DNA of 38,709 nt, taken from UHGV virus genome UHGV-0262620; one strand, given 5' to 3'. Of the stretch, positions 1 to 8,179 are shown in pieces. A program made the translations under genes and the position numbers. The stretch is from a virus. The notes beneath the pieces were generated by a model that was given only the letters and a program-made list of their open reading frames with translations, was not told the origin of the DNA and did no database searches. Every line of letters starts with the position of its first letter. Position 1 is the stretch's first letter.

Positions 1-208
1 AAGTGACCACGGCTTCCAGATGCGGGCGCTCTTTGTTCATCGCCTTAATGAACTCTCCACGAGTGATCAGTAGGTGAACACGAGGCGACAATGGGACGAC
101 CGAGCCAATCAGCGGCAGCTTAGCGTTGCGCTCAGAGGCCACTGCTGTAGAGCGGTCTTCACGGCGAACCGAAAAGATACCAGTTGATGTGTTGAAGTGT
201 AAACGCAT
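1..208 (-). CDS. 1.6: gene 1.6 N-terminal part; the ORF continues across the circular junction into 38709..38660
   Basis: ATG at 208 with SD AAGGAG. Translation MRLHFNTSTGIFSVRREDRS... resembles T7 gp1.6. The frame closes with the 3' end of the window (codon t|AC spans positions 1/38709), giving about 85 aa against 88 aa in T7. Confidence 0.75.
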   Translation of the reverse strand, partial: MRLHFNTSTGIFSVRREDRSTAVASERNAKLPLIGSVVPLSPRVHLLITRGEFIKAMNKERPHLEAVVT

Positions 209-220
209 GATGTTGTCTCC

Positions 221-298
221 TTAACAATCAGGCCAAATGTTGTCGTCGGCAACCATTAATCCCAGCGTTGCGACGATAGCGAATAGGATAAGCCACAT
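221..298 (-). CDS. small hydrophobic protein, 25 aa (MWLILFAIVATLGLMVADDNIWPDC), gene 1.5-like
   Basis: ATG 298 with SD AGGAGA about 10 nt upstream, formed by the start region of the phi1.5 promoter. Below the ORF-track cutoff. Confidence 0.4.
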   Translation of the reverse strand: MWLILFAIVATLGLMVADDNIWPDC

Positions 299-308
299 GG
301 TGTGTGTC

Positions 309-331
309 TCCTGTTAGTGAGGGTTAATACC
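309..331 (-). promoter_or_regulatory. T3-type phage promoter, phi1.5-like (ATTAACCCTCACTAACAGGAGA)
   Basis: Reverse complement of the plus-strand string matches the T3 consensus AATTAACCCTCACTAAAGGGAGA with the AACAGGAGA variant. Confidence 0.8.
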
Positions 332-337
332 GCTGAA

Positions 338-375
338 CGAAGAAAGGCCCACCCGTGAAGGTGAGCCAGTGAGTT
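338..375 (-). terminator. Early terminator TE (rho-independent) after the ligase gene
   Basis: Minus strand reads CTGGCTCACCTTCACGGGTGGGCCTTTCTTCG. This is nearly identical to the T7 TE hairpin plus U-tract and lies immediately 3' of gene 1.3. Confidence 0.8.
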
Positions 376-377
376 GG

Positions 378-1421
378 TTACATTTTCTCTTGAGGGTTGT
401 CCTCAGTGCCTCGGAACTTCTCGAAGCTAGGGTGACGCAGGGAGCCGTCCGGGGTCTCTTCCATATAGTTGACCTGACAGGCCCACCCGTTGTAGAAGTC
501 TTCACCGTGGGCTTTAACGTTGGCTGTGAACTCGTCCATCAGTGCGCGAGAGATGTTGTTGGCGTCTACTAAACGACCAGTCTCAAGAAGCACACTAAAG
601 CCTATCACTTTACCCTCGTTGGCTAACCCTTCGGTTCCCCAATTGACACCCTGAATGATACCGTCAGCTTCACACTCAGGCTTGAGCTTCCACCAGCCAG
701 ACTTCTTGCCTCGCTTGTAGATGCCTTGTGGGTCTTTCACAATGAGACCCTCGTGACCTTCGGCACGCTTCTCTTCGTACAGTTCAGCCAGTGAATCCAT
801 ATCGTAGACCTCGTATGTCTCAGCGATAAGCCACTCGATTTCCGGGAAGTATTCAACCAGAAGAGAGCGCATGGCTTCCACATGATACGGCATCAGTAGG
901 TTCTGTACATCGTAGTCCTCGCCAGACTCCGCAATGTGAATCGGCATGACCGCATACAGGCGCACGCTCAGGCGCTTAGTGTCCAACTCAAAGGCGGTGC
1001 GAACCCGTTTAGCTACTCCCACCTTACGTGGCTTGAGCATGTCTGGTGTGACCATTACGTTATGGAACTCGGCGTTATCCTTCTTGAGCCACTTGGTACG
1101 CAGCAGGCCAGACCCGGTGTTGAAGTCTACACCTTTGACCATCAGTTCGCCATCCAGCATGAAGCCATCCGGGAAGATGCAGCGGTCATCGTTCAGTAGT
1201 TGCTGCCAGCGCTTATCGAATCCGTTCAGGTGTTCTAGCGCCGGGATAAACTTGGACACACGGGACAGCCATGCGGCCTCAGCCACGTTGTCAACCACGA
1301 TGTTACCGCGCACACCATCGTACTTAATGTCCGCAATCAGGTAGCCGGAGGTCTCCAGCGCTTTCTTAACGGCAGACTCTACGAATGACACAGCTTTGAA
1401 TGGGTTGGTATTGAAGATGTT
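378..1421 (-). CDS. 1.3: ATP-dependent DNA ligase (gene 1.3)
   Basis: KYDGVRG adenylation motif. Collinear with T7 ligase from MNIFNTNPFKAVSFVES to RHPSFEKFRGTEDNPQEKM. The ORF-track start is extended; the likely start is the M of MNIFNT. Confidence 0.95.
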   Translation of the reverse strand, partial: NIFNTNPFKAVSFVESAVKKALETSGYLIADIKYDGVRGNIVVDNVAEAAWLSRVSKFIPALEHLNGFDKRWQQLLNDDRCIFPDGFMLDGELMVKGVDFNTGSGLLRTKWLKKDNAEFHNVMVTPDMLKPRKVGVAKRVRTAFELDTKRLSVRLYAVMPIHIAESGEDYDVQNLLMPYHVEAMRSLLVEYFPEIEWLIAETYEVYDMDSLAELYEEKRAEGHEGLIVKDPQGIYKRGKKSGWWKLKPECEADGIIQGVNWGTEGLANEGKVIGFSVLLETGRLVDANNISRALMDEFTANVKAHGEDFYNGWACQVNYMEETPDGSLRHPSFEKFRGTEDNPQEKM

Positions 1422-1462
1422 CATACGGTTGTTCCTCATTGGTTGAAAGTTAATCAGTTCGA

Positions 1463-1521
1463 ATCACAAAGGCCACCAATTAAGATGACCTTGAGGATTC
1501 TCCTGTTAGTGAGGGTTAATT
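1463..1521 (-). promoter_or_regulatory. RNase III site R1.3-like (1463-1496) followed by the T3-type promoter phi1.3 (1497-1521)
   Basis: Motif atcacaaaggccacc...gatgaccttgagg followed by ctcctgttagtgagggttaatt. Confidence 0.7.
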
Positions 1522-1807
1522 ACTTCCACTTCTCGTACTCGATGCGCTGCTTATTGAACCACGTACCCACAGTGACCATCAGTACATCCTCGTGCATGAT
1601 GCCCGGATAGTCCGTGAAGTCTTTCTCTATGAGAATCTCCGGGACTCCTTGTACTAGGTGACTGATACGAGCCTTGACTATGTTCTTGTAGTTCACCTCA
1701 TCGCGCCAGTGGATGACCTCAGCGCGGCACCCAAGCATGTCCCACTTGTGAACAGCCTCGCGGAAGACCGCAACGTTACCTGAATGTGCTCTCGAAAACA
1801 TACCCAT
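1520..1807 (-). CDS. 1.2: gene 1.2 (T7 gp1.2-like, host dGTPase inhibitor family)
   Basis: C-terminal region DYPGIMHEDVLMVTVGTWFN aligns by eye with T7 gp1.2 (HHDEDVLFNMCTDWLN). ATG at 1807 is 2 nt after the gene 1.1 stop, with SD GGGAG. Confidence 0.8.
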   Translation of the reverse strand: MGMFSRAHSGNVAVFREAVHKWDMLGCRAEVIHWRDEVNYKNIVKARISHLVQGVPEILIEKDFTDYPGIMHEDVLMVTVGTWFNKQRIEYEKWK

Positions 1808-1809
1808 GA

Positions 1810-1905
1810 TTATTCCCACTCCCGTTTCTGTGAGTTACCACGCTTGGTCTTGTTCAGCTTGCGACCTTTAGTCAGCGGCTCGTCGTTGCGTTTCTTGGAA
1901 GTCAT
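1810..1905 (-). CDS. 1.1: gene 1.1 (31 aa, basic: MTSKKRNDEPLTKGRKLNKTKRGNSQKREWE)
   Basis: TKGRKLNKTKR is shared with T7 gp1.1. Below the ORF-track size cutoff. Confidence 0.75.
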   Translation of the reverse strand: MTSKKRNDEPLTKGRKLNKTKRGNSQKREWE

Positions 1906-1962
1906 TTTCTCAAAGTTGGTATGCATAGTATCTTACCTCATGTTGATGTGTATTGAAAGTTA

Positions 1963-2028
1963 ATCACAAAGGCCACCGTTGTTGATGACCTTAAGTTTAA
2001 CTCTCCCGTTAGTGAGGGTTAACTGTAT
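1963..2028 (-). promoter_or_regulatory. RNase III site R1.1-like plus T3-type promoter phi1.1B
   Basis: atcacaaaggccaccgttgttgatgaccttaagtt followed by ctctcccgttagtgagggttaact. Confidence 0.7.
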
Positions 2029-2291
2029 GTCCGTTCAATACGACCACACGTTGAACCTTTCGGGTAGTAGAAGGATTTCGTTTCGTTGTCCTCAGTGGTC
2101 TGGAAGATGACCATCCCGGAGGCCATTGAGTAACATTCCAACTTCGTGACCACCTTACCGCACGGCCCTAAGCCTAACTTAAATTCAGTCTTGCGGAGGT
2201 CATCACTACCGGGCATCCAAGCGTAGAACTTAACGGAAGTCAAGCGGTTTAACTTAAAGATGTTCTTAAGGAAAGCCTTAATGTTAATCAT
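2019..2291 (-). CDS. 1.05: gene 1.05 (T3-group specific, unknown function, 90 aa)
   Basis: ORF between phi1.1A and phi1.1B. This position is empty in T7 and occupied by gene 1.05 in T3-like phages (recalled). Confidence 0.6.
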   Translation of the reverse strand: MINIKAFLKNIFKLNRLTSVKFYAWMPGSDDLRKTEFKLGLGPCGKVVTKLECYSMASGMVIFQTTEDNETKSFYYPKGSTCGRIERTYS

Positions 2292-2342
2292 AAATTTAAT
2301 CTCTTAGTACCTAAAGTGTCTTAAAGTGGGAGACCTTAAGTA

Positions 2343-2366
2343 GTCTCCCGTTAGTGAGGGTTAATG
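2343..2366 (-). promoter_or_regulatory. T3-type promoter phi1.1A, with an AT-rich stretch 2292-2342 downstream; candidate primary replication origin region
   Basis: gtctcccgttagtgagggttaatg; the T7 primary origin maps to the phi1.1A/B promoters plus an AT-rich region. Confidence 0.7.
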
Positions 2367-2377
2367 CTAAGTGCTTG

Positions 2378-5032
2378 TTATGCAAAGGCAAAGTCAGACT
2401 TGAGAATGTCTTGCAGGTTCAGGTTCCCTTTCTTCGGAAGAGGAGGCATCTTGTCCAGTTGGGTCTCGTGTAGCTGGTCTGCAAACTGGTCATAGAAGTC
2501 TGCCAGCACATCGTTGTTCTCGTAGGTGAGAACCATCGTTTCACGCACAGCCTTAAAGAGCTTACCAGCGTCTGCCGGAATAGTCCCAAAGCTGTCATGG
2601 ATGAGCGCAAAGGACTCAATGCCATACTTCTCGTGAGCATAAACGACTGTCATGCGGAGGTGGCTACCATCCTGTGAGTGAACAAAGTTAGGAGCGATGC
2701 CAGACTCCTGCTTGTGTGCGTCAATGCCTGAATCCTTGAGGGTATTAATCGTCGGTTGCAGACGGAATTGCCCTAAGAAAATCATATCGAGACGCTTCTG
2801 GAGTGGCTTGCGGTATTCCTGCCAGACCGGGAAGCCGTCCGGCGTAGTCCAGTGAACCGCGCAACGGTGGCGCAGAATCTCCTTGGTCTTCTTGTCCTTG
2901 ACCTCAGCAGCCAGCAGCTTAGCGGCAGACTTGAGCCAGTTCATCGCCTCAACCGCTGCGACTACGGTCACGCTCACCGCGTCCCAAATCAGCTTAGCCA
3001 TATAGCCAGCCGCTTGGTTAGGTTGGGTGAACATCAAGCCCTTACCGCTGTCAATCGCAGGCTGAATGGTGTCGTCCAGTACCTGTTGACGAAAGCCGAA
3101 CTCCTTGGAACCGTAAGCCAGCGTCATGACCGAACGTTTAGTTACGCTACGGGTTACACCATATGCCAGCCACTGTTGCGCCAGTGTTGAGGTTCCCAGC
3201 TTGAGCTTCTCTGAGATTTCCCCGGTGTCCTTGTCGGTCACGGTAATCATCTCGTTAGGCGTGCCGTTGATTGCATCCTGTTTGAGAATCTCGTTTACTT
3301 TCTGTGCAACGATGCCGTAAATGTCCTGCACGGTTTCGCTTGGCAGAAGGTTAACCGCACGACCGCCTACCTCATCGCGTAGCATCGCGGAGAAGTGCTG
3401 GATACCAGAGCAAGACCCGTCGAACGCCAGCGGCAGAGAGCAATTGTAGCTCAGACCGTGGTGCGCAACTCCTGCATACTCGAAGCAGAACGCGAGGAAA
3501 CAGAAAGGTGAATCCTGCTCGGCCCACCAAGTATTATTGATTGGGTCTTTAGCGCAAGCCAGAATGTCGTCTACGTGCTTCTCAATGAACGCGATGCGCT
3601 CAGGGAAAGGAACCTTATCGACACCCGCACAGTTCGCACCGTGGATTTTCAGCCAGTAGAAACCTTCCTCACCGATTGGCTTGCCTTTAGCGAGGGTTAG
3701 GAGACCCTTGGTCATGTCGTTGCCTTGCGGGTTGAACATCGGTACAGCGTACACACGACCGCGCCAGTCCATGTTGTAAGGGAACCAGATTGCTTTCTTA
3801 CTTGCGAACTTGTTGGCCTGCTCCAGCATGAACTCTAAGCTGATACGGCGAGACACTCGTGCCTTGTCCAAGCGGTAGATACCAGCGGCGGCTTTCTTCC
3901 ACTCCTTGAGTGCTGCCTCGTTGGTGTCAATGTCGTCCGGCTTAGGCGGTAACTCTTGGCGCTCCAGTGATGGAATGTCTGCTACCGGGCAATTCTTCCA
4001 GTTAACAATCTCATTGACAACCGCAAGAACTTTCTTGTTGATTTTCCATGCGGTGTTCTGTGCGATGTTGACCGCCTTGTAAACTTCTGGCATGTAAACA
4101 TCCTCATAGCGCATCAAGCCCTTCTTAGAGTGAGTGCGAACGAGTGCCAAAGGTCTGCGACCGTTAGCCCAATAGCCGCCACCTGTGATTGATACCCAAG
4201 GTTTCGGCGGTACGACACACGGTTGGAACATCGGAGAGATGCCAGCCAGTGCTCCTGCACGCTTCGCTAACACATCGACGTACTCTTGGGCCAGTTGCAG
4301 TGCCTCATGGTCAGAGCCTGCGTTACCTGCGTTGTGGCGCTGTAATTCCACCAGACCCGTGGATTCAATCAGCATTTCAATCAGGCGAATCCCTACGTGC
4401 ATCGTGGTTTCCTTGTCCCAGCTAGACCACGCCTCACCTCCCAGCAGCCCACGACCAATCATGTCTGCCTCAACCACCTGCATAAAGGCTTTCTTGTAGA
4501 CTTGTCCGTGGCGCTTGTTGAGTTGTTCCTCAACGTGCTTCTTGAAGTGCTTCGCTTCGAGGTCACGGATGCGACCGAAACGTGCCTCGTCCTCAATGGC
4601 TTTCCCCAGCATACCAGCAGCGGCCTGAATTGTTGTCATGTTCGTGCTGGTCAGTGACGCAAGGATGACCTTGAGCGTGATAAACGCGGACGCCTCCGGC
4701 TTGAGTAACTGGAGTGGTGCATAGGCTACTGGCTTGCGACCTTTCTTAGAGGCGTACTCTTCGAGCCACTCTACGATACGTGCGGTTAACTTAGGGAGAA
4801 GCGTAGCGAGTAATGGCTTAGCGGCTGCGTTGTCTGCAATCTCACCAGCTTTCGCTTGACGCTCAAGCATCTTGAGGAAGCGGCGCTCGCCTAGCTCATA
4901 AGACTCATGCTCTAAAGCCAGTTGTTCACGAGCCAGTGCGCTACCGTAGTGGTCTGCCAGCGTGTTGAACGGGATAGCAGCCAGTTCGATTTCGGAGAAG
5001 TCATTCTTTTCGATAGTTTCGATGATGTTCAT
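2378..5032 (-). CDS. 1: Single-subunit phage RNA polymerase (gene 1), T3 specificity
   Basis: 884 aa, the T3 RNAP length. Collinear with T7 RNAP, and all late promoters in the window are T3-type (CCCTCACTAAAGGGA). Confidence 0.97.
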   Translation of the reverse strand: MNIIETIEKNDFSEIELAAIPFNTLADHYGSALAREQLALEHESYELGERRFLKMLERQAKAGEIADNAAAKPLLATLLPKLTARIVEWLEEYASKKGRKPVAYAPLQLLKPEASAFITLKVILASLTSTNMTTIQAAAGMLGKAIEDEARFGRIRDLEAKHFKKHVEEQLNKRHGQVYKKAFMQVVEADMIGRGLLGGEAWSSWDKETTMHVGIRLIEMLIESTGLVELQRHNAGNAGSDHEALQLAQEYVDVLAKRAGALAGISPMFQPCVVPPKPWVSITGGGYWANGRRPLALVRTHSKKGLMRYEDVYMPEVYKAVNIAQNTAWKINKKVLAVVNEIVNWKNCPVADIPSLERQELPPKPDDIDTNEAALKEWKKAAAGIYRLDKARVSRRISLEFMLEQANKFASKKAIWFPYNMDWRGRVYAVPMFNPQGNDMTKGLLTLAKGKPIGEEGFYWLKIHGANCAGVDKVPFPERIAFIEKHVDDILACAKDPINNTWWAEQDSPFCFLAFCFEYAGVAHHGLSYNCSLPLAFDGSCSGIQHFSAMLRDEVGGRAVNLLPSETVQDIYGIVAQKVNEILKQDAINGTPNEMITVTDKDTGEISEKLKLGTSTLAQQWLAYGVTRSVTKRSVMTLAYGSKEFGFRQQVLDDTIQPAIDSGKGLMFTQPNQAAGYMAKLIWDAVSVTVVAAVEAMNWLKSAAKLLAAEVKDKKTKEILRHRCAVHWTTPDGFPVWQEYRKPLQKRLDMIFLGQFRLQPTINTLKDSGIDAHKQESGIAPNFVHSQDGSHLRMTVVYAHEKYGIESFALIHDSFGTIPADAGKLFKAVRETMVLTYENNDVLADFYDQFADQLHETQLDKMPPLPKKGNLNLQDILKSDFAFA

Positions 5033-5059
5033 TGCTTACCTCGTTGTGAATAAATCGTT

Positions 5060-5103
5060 CCTATTCAGGCCACCTCATGATGACCTGTAAGAAAAGACTC
5101 TAT
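5060..5103 (-). promoter_or_regulatory. RNase III processing hairpin R1 upstream of gene 1
   Basis: Minus strand CAGGUCAUC-AUGA-GGUGGCCUG forms a stem with G-U wobbles. Confidence 0.5.
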
Positions 5104-6212
5104 CAGCCTTGTAGACGCTTGTCAAGGTATGCGTCTATGTGTAACGGTTTGCCCCACTGAATGCGCACCTCGTCGTGCATCATCATTGCCGCAGCAGCGC
5201 GGCGCTCCAGTTCTGCAAAGTTTAGGTTATTGTGGTGCATCCAAGCGTTGCGCCAGTGCTTATCGCCCCACACCATACGCGCCCTAGGCTCATCCCTGCG
5301 ATTCTGATTGGCGTCCATGCGCATCTTAGCGAGTACCTTAGCGTCACGTTTAGCACGCTTGTCTGCCTTTCTGCGCCACTTGGCACGGGCTTTACGTGCT
5401 ACCTGAAAGTCTCCTTTAGGGTCACGGCGTGCCTTACGATTGACACAGCGCTCAATGGCTTCCTGTGCCCTTAGCGCCTCAATCTCGGCGATTAGTTCAT
5501 CCGGGTCACAGTGAAATTCACCCGGCTTTAACTTGTCGTCTGCGCTGAACGATACCGGGTCTGTGATAATCAAGCGGCCCATTTGGTCTTTCATCATGTT
5601 ACCACTGTGACAATCGAACGATGCAATGCCTAAGAAGAACTTGCGTATATCCTTGCAGGTCTCAATGAACCCGTCACTTATTGGGTACTCTTCGGCAGCA
5701 TCAAAGCAATCCTCCTCAATGATTTCCCGTGCGGCCTTGAAGTGGTGACGAACCTTGTCACTCTCACCATCGCACCAGTAGTTAAGCGGATTCAGATAAT
5801 CAAGAACCACCGTGTAACAACCAGCATGACGCTGAATGTCGTACACCGTAGGGATACCCTCACGGCCTTGGTTCATACGGCAGAAGGCTGCATAGGCTGC
5901 GCCTGAGTCCTCTTTCTTAAAGCCTACCTTGATAACCTTGCCCGGCAACAATGCGTGCTCATACGCTGCGCTGAAGTGACCATTGCCTAGCTTGATGAAA
6001 CCAACATCACGCATACGCGCCGCTAGGGTCTGCCAGTAGTCCATGCGCTCTAGCGCCGTGTTTCCTGCTGCCTGCGTCAGTTGCCCGTCTTGGGTCTCAT
6101 CGTTCACGATGGCAGCCGCAAGAGTCACCAGCATGGGCTGGCGTTCATTCAGGCGCTCAATCGGTAGATTGCGGATAGCTTCAAGTGCGGCTTGTGCTTC
6201 GGAGAAAGTCAT
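5103..6212 (-). CDS. 0.7: Gene 0.7 Ser/Thr protein kinase / host transcription shut-off protein
   Basis: 369 aa and first gene after the early small ORFs. The N-terminal kinase region and the basic RKARRDPKGDF...KRAKRDAK C-terminal half are typical of gp0.7. Confidence 0.85.
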   Translation of the reverse strand: MTFSEAQAALEAIRNLPIERLNERQPMLVTLAAAIVNDETQDGQLTQAAGNTALERMDYWQTLAARMRDVGFIKLGNGHFSAAYEHALLPGKVIKVGFKKEDSGAAYAAFCRMNQGREGIPTVYDIQRHAGCYTVVLDYLNPLNYWCDGESDKVRHHFKAAREIIEEDCFDAAEEYPISDGFIETCKDIRKFFLGIASFDCHSGNMMKDQMGRLIITDPVSFSADDKLKPGEFHCDPDELIAEIEALRAQEAIERCVNRKARRDPKGDFQVARKARAKWRRKADKRAKRDAKVLAKMRMDANQNRRDEPRARMVWGDKHWRNAWMHHNNLNFAELERRAAAAMMMHDEVRIQWGKPLHIDAYLDKRLQG

Positions 6213-6226
6213 CGTTCAGTGTCCTG

Positions 6227-6352
6227 TTATCTGTAAGAAGAGTAAAGAGTAAATTCAGCCCATTTGACAGCGCTTGCAGCCTGTCGTGCGGTCATCTTGC
6301 GGTGTCTCGTTAAGATGCGTTTGACCTTGCGTTTCGATGCACCATAAGCCAT
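6227..6352 (-). CDS. Possible 41-aa basic ORF (MAYGASKRKVKRILTRHRKMTARQAASAVKWAEFTLYSSYR)
   Basis: Open frame ending 15 nt before the gene 0.7 start. No clear SD. Confidence 0.2.
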   Translation of the reverse strand: MAYGASKRKVKRILTRHRKMTARQAASAVKWAEFTLYSSYR

Positions 6353-6383
6353 CGCATACAGTGCAATCTTTACGTGCTTTGAG

Positions 6384-6581
6384 TTAGTGCGTAGCAATGT
6401 AGAATACTCCTACCTTGTTGGCCTTAAAGCGTCCGTTACGTTCACGAACCGTAAACCGTGGGATGAATCCCCACTTAAAGTAACTCAGCGTTGCCTTGTG
6501 TATTGCCAGACCGCGCTTAAAGTCTCGCATAAAGTACATTGCGATGCACAGATAGACCAGTGCGATAAAGAGAATCATCAT
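6384..6581 (-). CDS. Early small membrane protein (65 aa, N-terminal TM helix MMILFIALVYLCIAMYF)
   Basis: ATGA start/stop overlap with the upstream ORF. Hydrophobic N-terminus and basic C-terminus. Confidence 0.6.
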   Translation of the reverse strand: MMILFIALVYLCIAMYFMRDFKRGLAIHKATLSYFKWGFIPRFTVRERNGRFKANKVGVFYIATH

Positions 6582-6736
6582 GCGTGTTTCACCAGTTCGA
6601 TAGCCTCGCGGCCTCGCCCTTCTGCGTCCAAGTGTTCCATGAGTTTAACCATCTTGCGATGATAGCGAGCGGCCTTGCGTGACTCAGAGTGCCAGCCAGC
6701 GACCGCAAAGAGTGCGATAGTGATAAGCATAGTCAT
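6578..6736 (-). CDS. Early small membrane protein (52 aa, MTMLITIALFAVAGWHS...)
   Basis: Strong SD ACAGGAGG 7 nt before ATG 6736. The ORF-track version begins at a GTG further upstream. Confidence 0.6.
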   Translation of the reverse strand: MTMLITIALFAVAGWHSESRKAARYHRKMVKLMEHLDAEGRGREAIELVKHA

Positions 6737-6755
6737 TGCTAATCCTCCTGTATTG

Positions 6756-6956
6756 TCAATCATTCCAGCCCGCACATGTTGCTTGGTGTATCACACAGGC
6801 TTGATAATCCTCTTGTGCTAAAATCGGGTTTACCCAATGTGTGACCTGTTTACCATACCGAACAACGTAGGTGCTTCCCATTGACCCGTGGTAATACTCA
6901 CGCAGTGTTACGGTGCATTGGCCTGCTATTTTGGATGTTGCCAGTAACTTACTCAT
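6756..6956 (-). CDS. Early small protein (66 aa, MSKLLATSKIAGQCTVTLREYYHG...)
   Basis: SD GGGAGG 8 nt upstream. Its ATG directly follows the TAA of the preceding 51-aa ORF (TAAATG). Confidence 0.55.
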   Translation of the reverse strand: MSKLLATSKIAGQCTVTLREYYHGSMGSTYVVRYGKQVTHWVNPILAQEDYQACVIHQATCAGWND

Positions 6957-7111
6957 TACATAACCTCCCATACAGCCGTACCATTAGGTAAACGCTTGCC
7001 GAAGCCTTGTTGATCCCTGAATCGGGCACGAGCGTCCCTTTCGTTGTACCCGTAGCAGGTCATTGAGTAGCACCAGCCGGGAATAAGGATGGCGTATTGT
7101 TTCATAATCAT
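6957..7111 (-). CDS. Early small protein (51 aa, MIMKQYAILIPGWCYSMTCYGYNERDARARFRDQQGFGKRLPNGTAVWEVM)
   Basis: SD GAGAGG. The stop is coupled to the start of the next ORF. Same size class as T7 gp0.4 but not similar in sequence. Confidence 0.5.
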
Positions 7112-7137
7112 ATCCTCTCAGGGTTGTTTAGTGGTAA

Positions 7138-7182
7138 TCATAAAGGCCACACTCAGCGTGCGACCTTGAGTTTAACACTTAT
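7138..7182 (-). promoter_or_regulatory. RNase III site (R0.5-like) just 3' of gene 0.3
   Basis: atcataaaggccacactcagcgtgcgaccttgagtttaacactt, a member of the conserved hairpin family. Confidence 0.6.
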
Positions 7183-7637
7183 TGTACTTGCCAGCGGCGT
7201 CCGAACTCGTCAATCGTGAAGCAACCTTGAAGCGGTGCGCCTTTAGGCACCTCTTGGAAGCTACCCGGCAGACGTTCAGCCTTATACCCGTCGATACCTT
7301 TAGCGTACACCAGACCAGCCGTGTGAGTCTGTGATTTGTATACCAGTACGCAATCTTGCTCCCACTCATTGCAAGCTAAGCGTGCAACATTGAGTGCCTG
7401 CGCCTTGTCCTTGCAGCGTACACGAACCGTTTTTTCCTCAGTCGGTGCGCTTGCGATTGCCTCACGATAGCACCCGGTCAAATCGGTTGACTCAACGGAG
7501 CCATAAAGACCCGGTGCGGCACGTAATTCGCTCACCATGTGGCGGTGGCGGCTCATGTTCACCTCATCATCAAGGTTAGAACGGAAAGCTGACACCAGTA
7601 CATAGAAGATGTTAGCAGGCTCTTTAGTGAAAATCAT
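7179..7637 (-). CDS. 0.3: S-adenosylmethionine hydrolase/lyase (SAMase), gene 0.3, anti-restriction
   Basis: 152 aa. MIFTKEPANIFYVLVSAFRSN...GRRWQVQ matches the T3 SAMase as recalled. First early gene downstream of A1-A3. Confidence 0.9.
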   Translation of the reverse strand: MIFTKEPANIFYVLVSAFRSNLDDEVNMSRHRHMVSELRAAPGLYGSVESTDLTGCYREAIASAPTEEKTVRVRCKDKAQALNVARLACNEWEQDCVLVYKSQTHTAGLVYAKGIDGYKAERLPGSFQEVPKGAPLQGCFTIDEFGRRWQVQ

Positions 7638-7674
7638 TTTGGTGTTACCTCATGTTAGTTCGTGTTAAGTGAAT

Positions 7675-7720
7675 ATCATAAAGGCCACGCTTTTAGTGCG
7701 ACCTTGAGTTATTCGCTTAT
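7675..7720 (-). promoter_or_regulatory. RNase III site R0.3
   Basis: atcataaaggccacgcttttagtgcgaccttgagttattcgctt. Confidence 0.6.
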
Positions 7721-7944
7721 ACATCGGTACACTCAAGAGCTATTATCCAGATTGTTAAAGAGCGATCAAATCATGGCAGCACTGCATCGTGTCACTTTCC
7801 GTACTGCCTGTCGTGTGTACTGATGCCATTCGGCGGCACACAAGGGAAGTAATACACTTACCGCTTATTAAACCTACCATGATTCGAGTGTCGGTCTGGT
7901 TTCGTTAGACCCTAGCGGCTTTCAGTGTCCCGCCTCACTGTTCC

Positions 7945-7990
7945 GTCATTTCGTGGTACATCGTACCGTGTTTACTTCATGTTGTCAACC
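7945..7990 (-). promoter_or_regulatory. E. coli sigma70 early promoter A3
   Basis: Minus strand TTGACAACATGAAGTAAACACGGTACGATGTACC is almost identical to T7 A3. Confidence 0.8.
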
Positions 7991-8054
7991 GTTTTGTTTC
8001 ACCTTATGTGCCGTGGTGCGCTTAAGTCACCTAGAAGACACCTTGTGTCCGGTT

Positions 8055-8100
8055 GACGTTGTGTATCTTACTGCATGTTACTTCATGTTGTCAATGCCTG
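8055..8100 (-). promoter_or_regulatory. E. coli sigma70 early promoter A2
   Basis: Minus strand TTGACAACATGAAGTAACATGCAGTAAGATACA is almost identical to T7 A2. Confidence 0.8.
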
Positions 8101-8179
8101 TTTTCGTATGACTTATCAGACTGTCTACTTATCCGGTTGACTCCGGTATCTCAGGGAGTGGCTTTAAGGCCGTTGTCCC

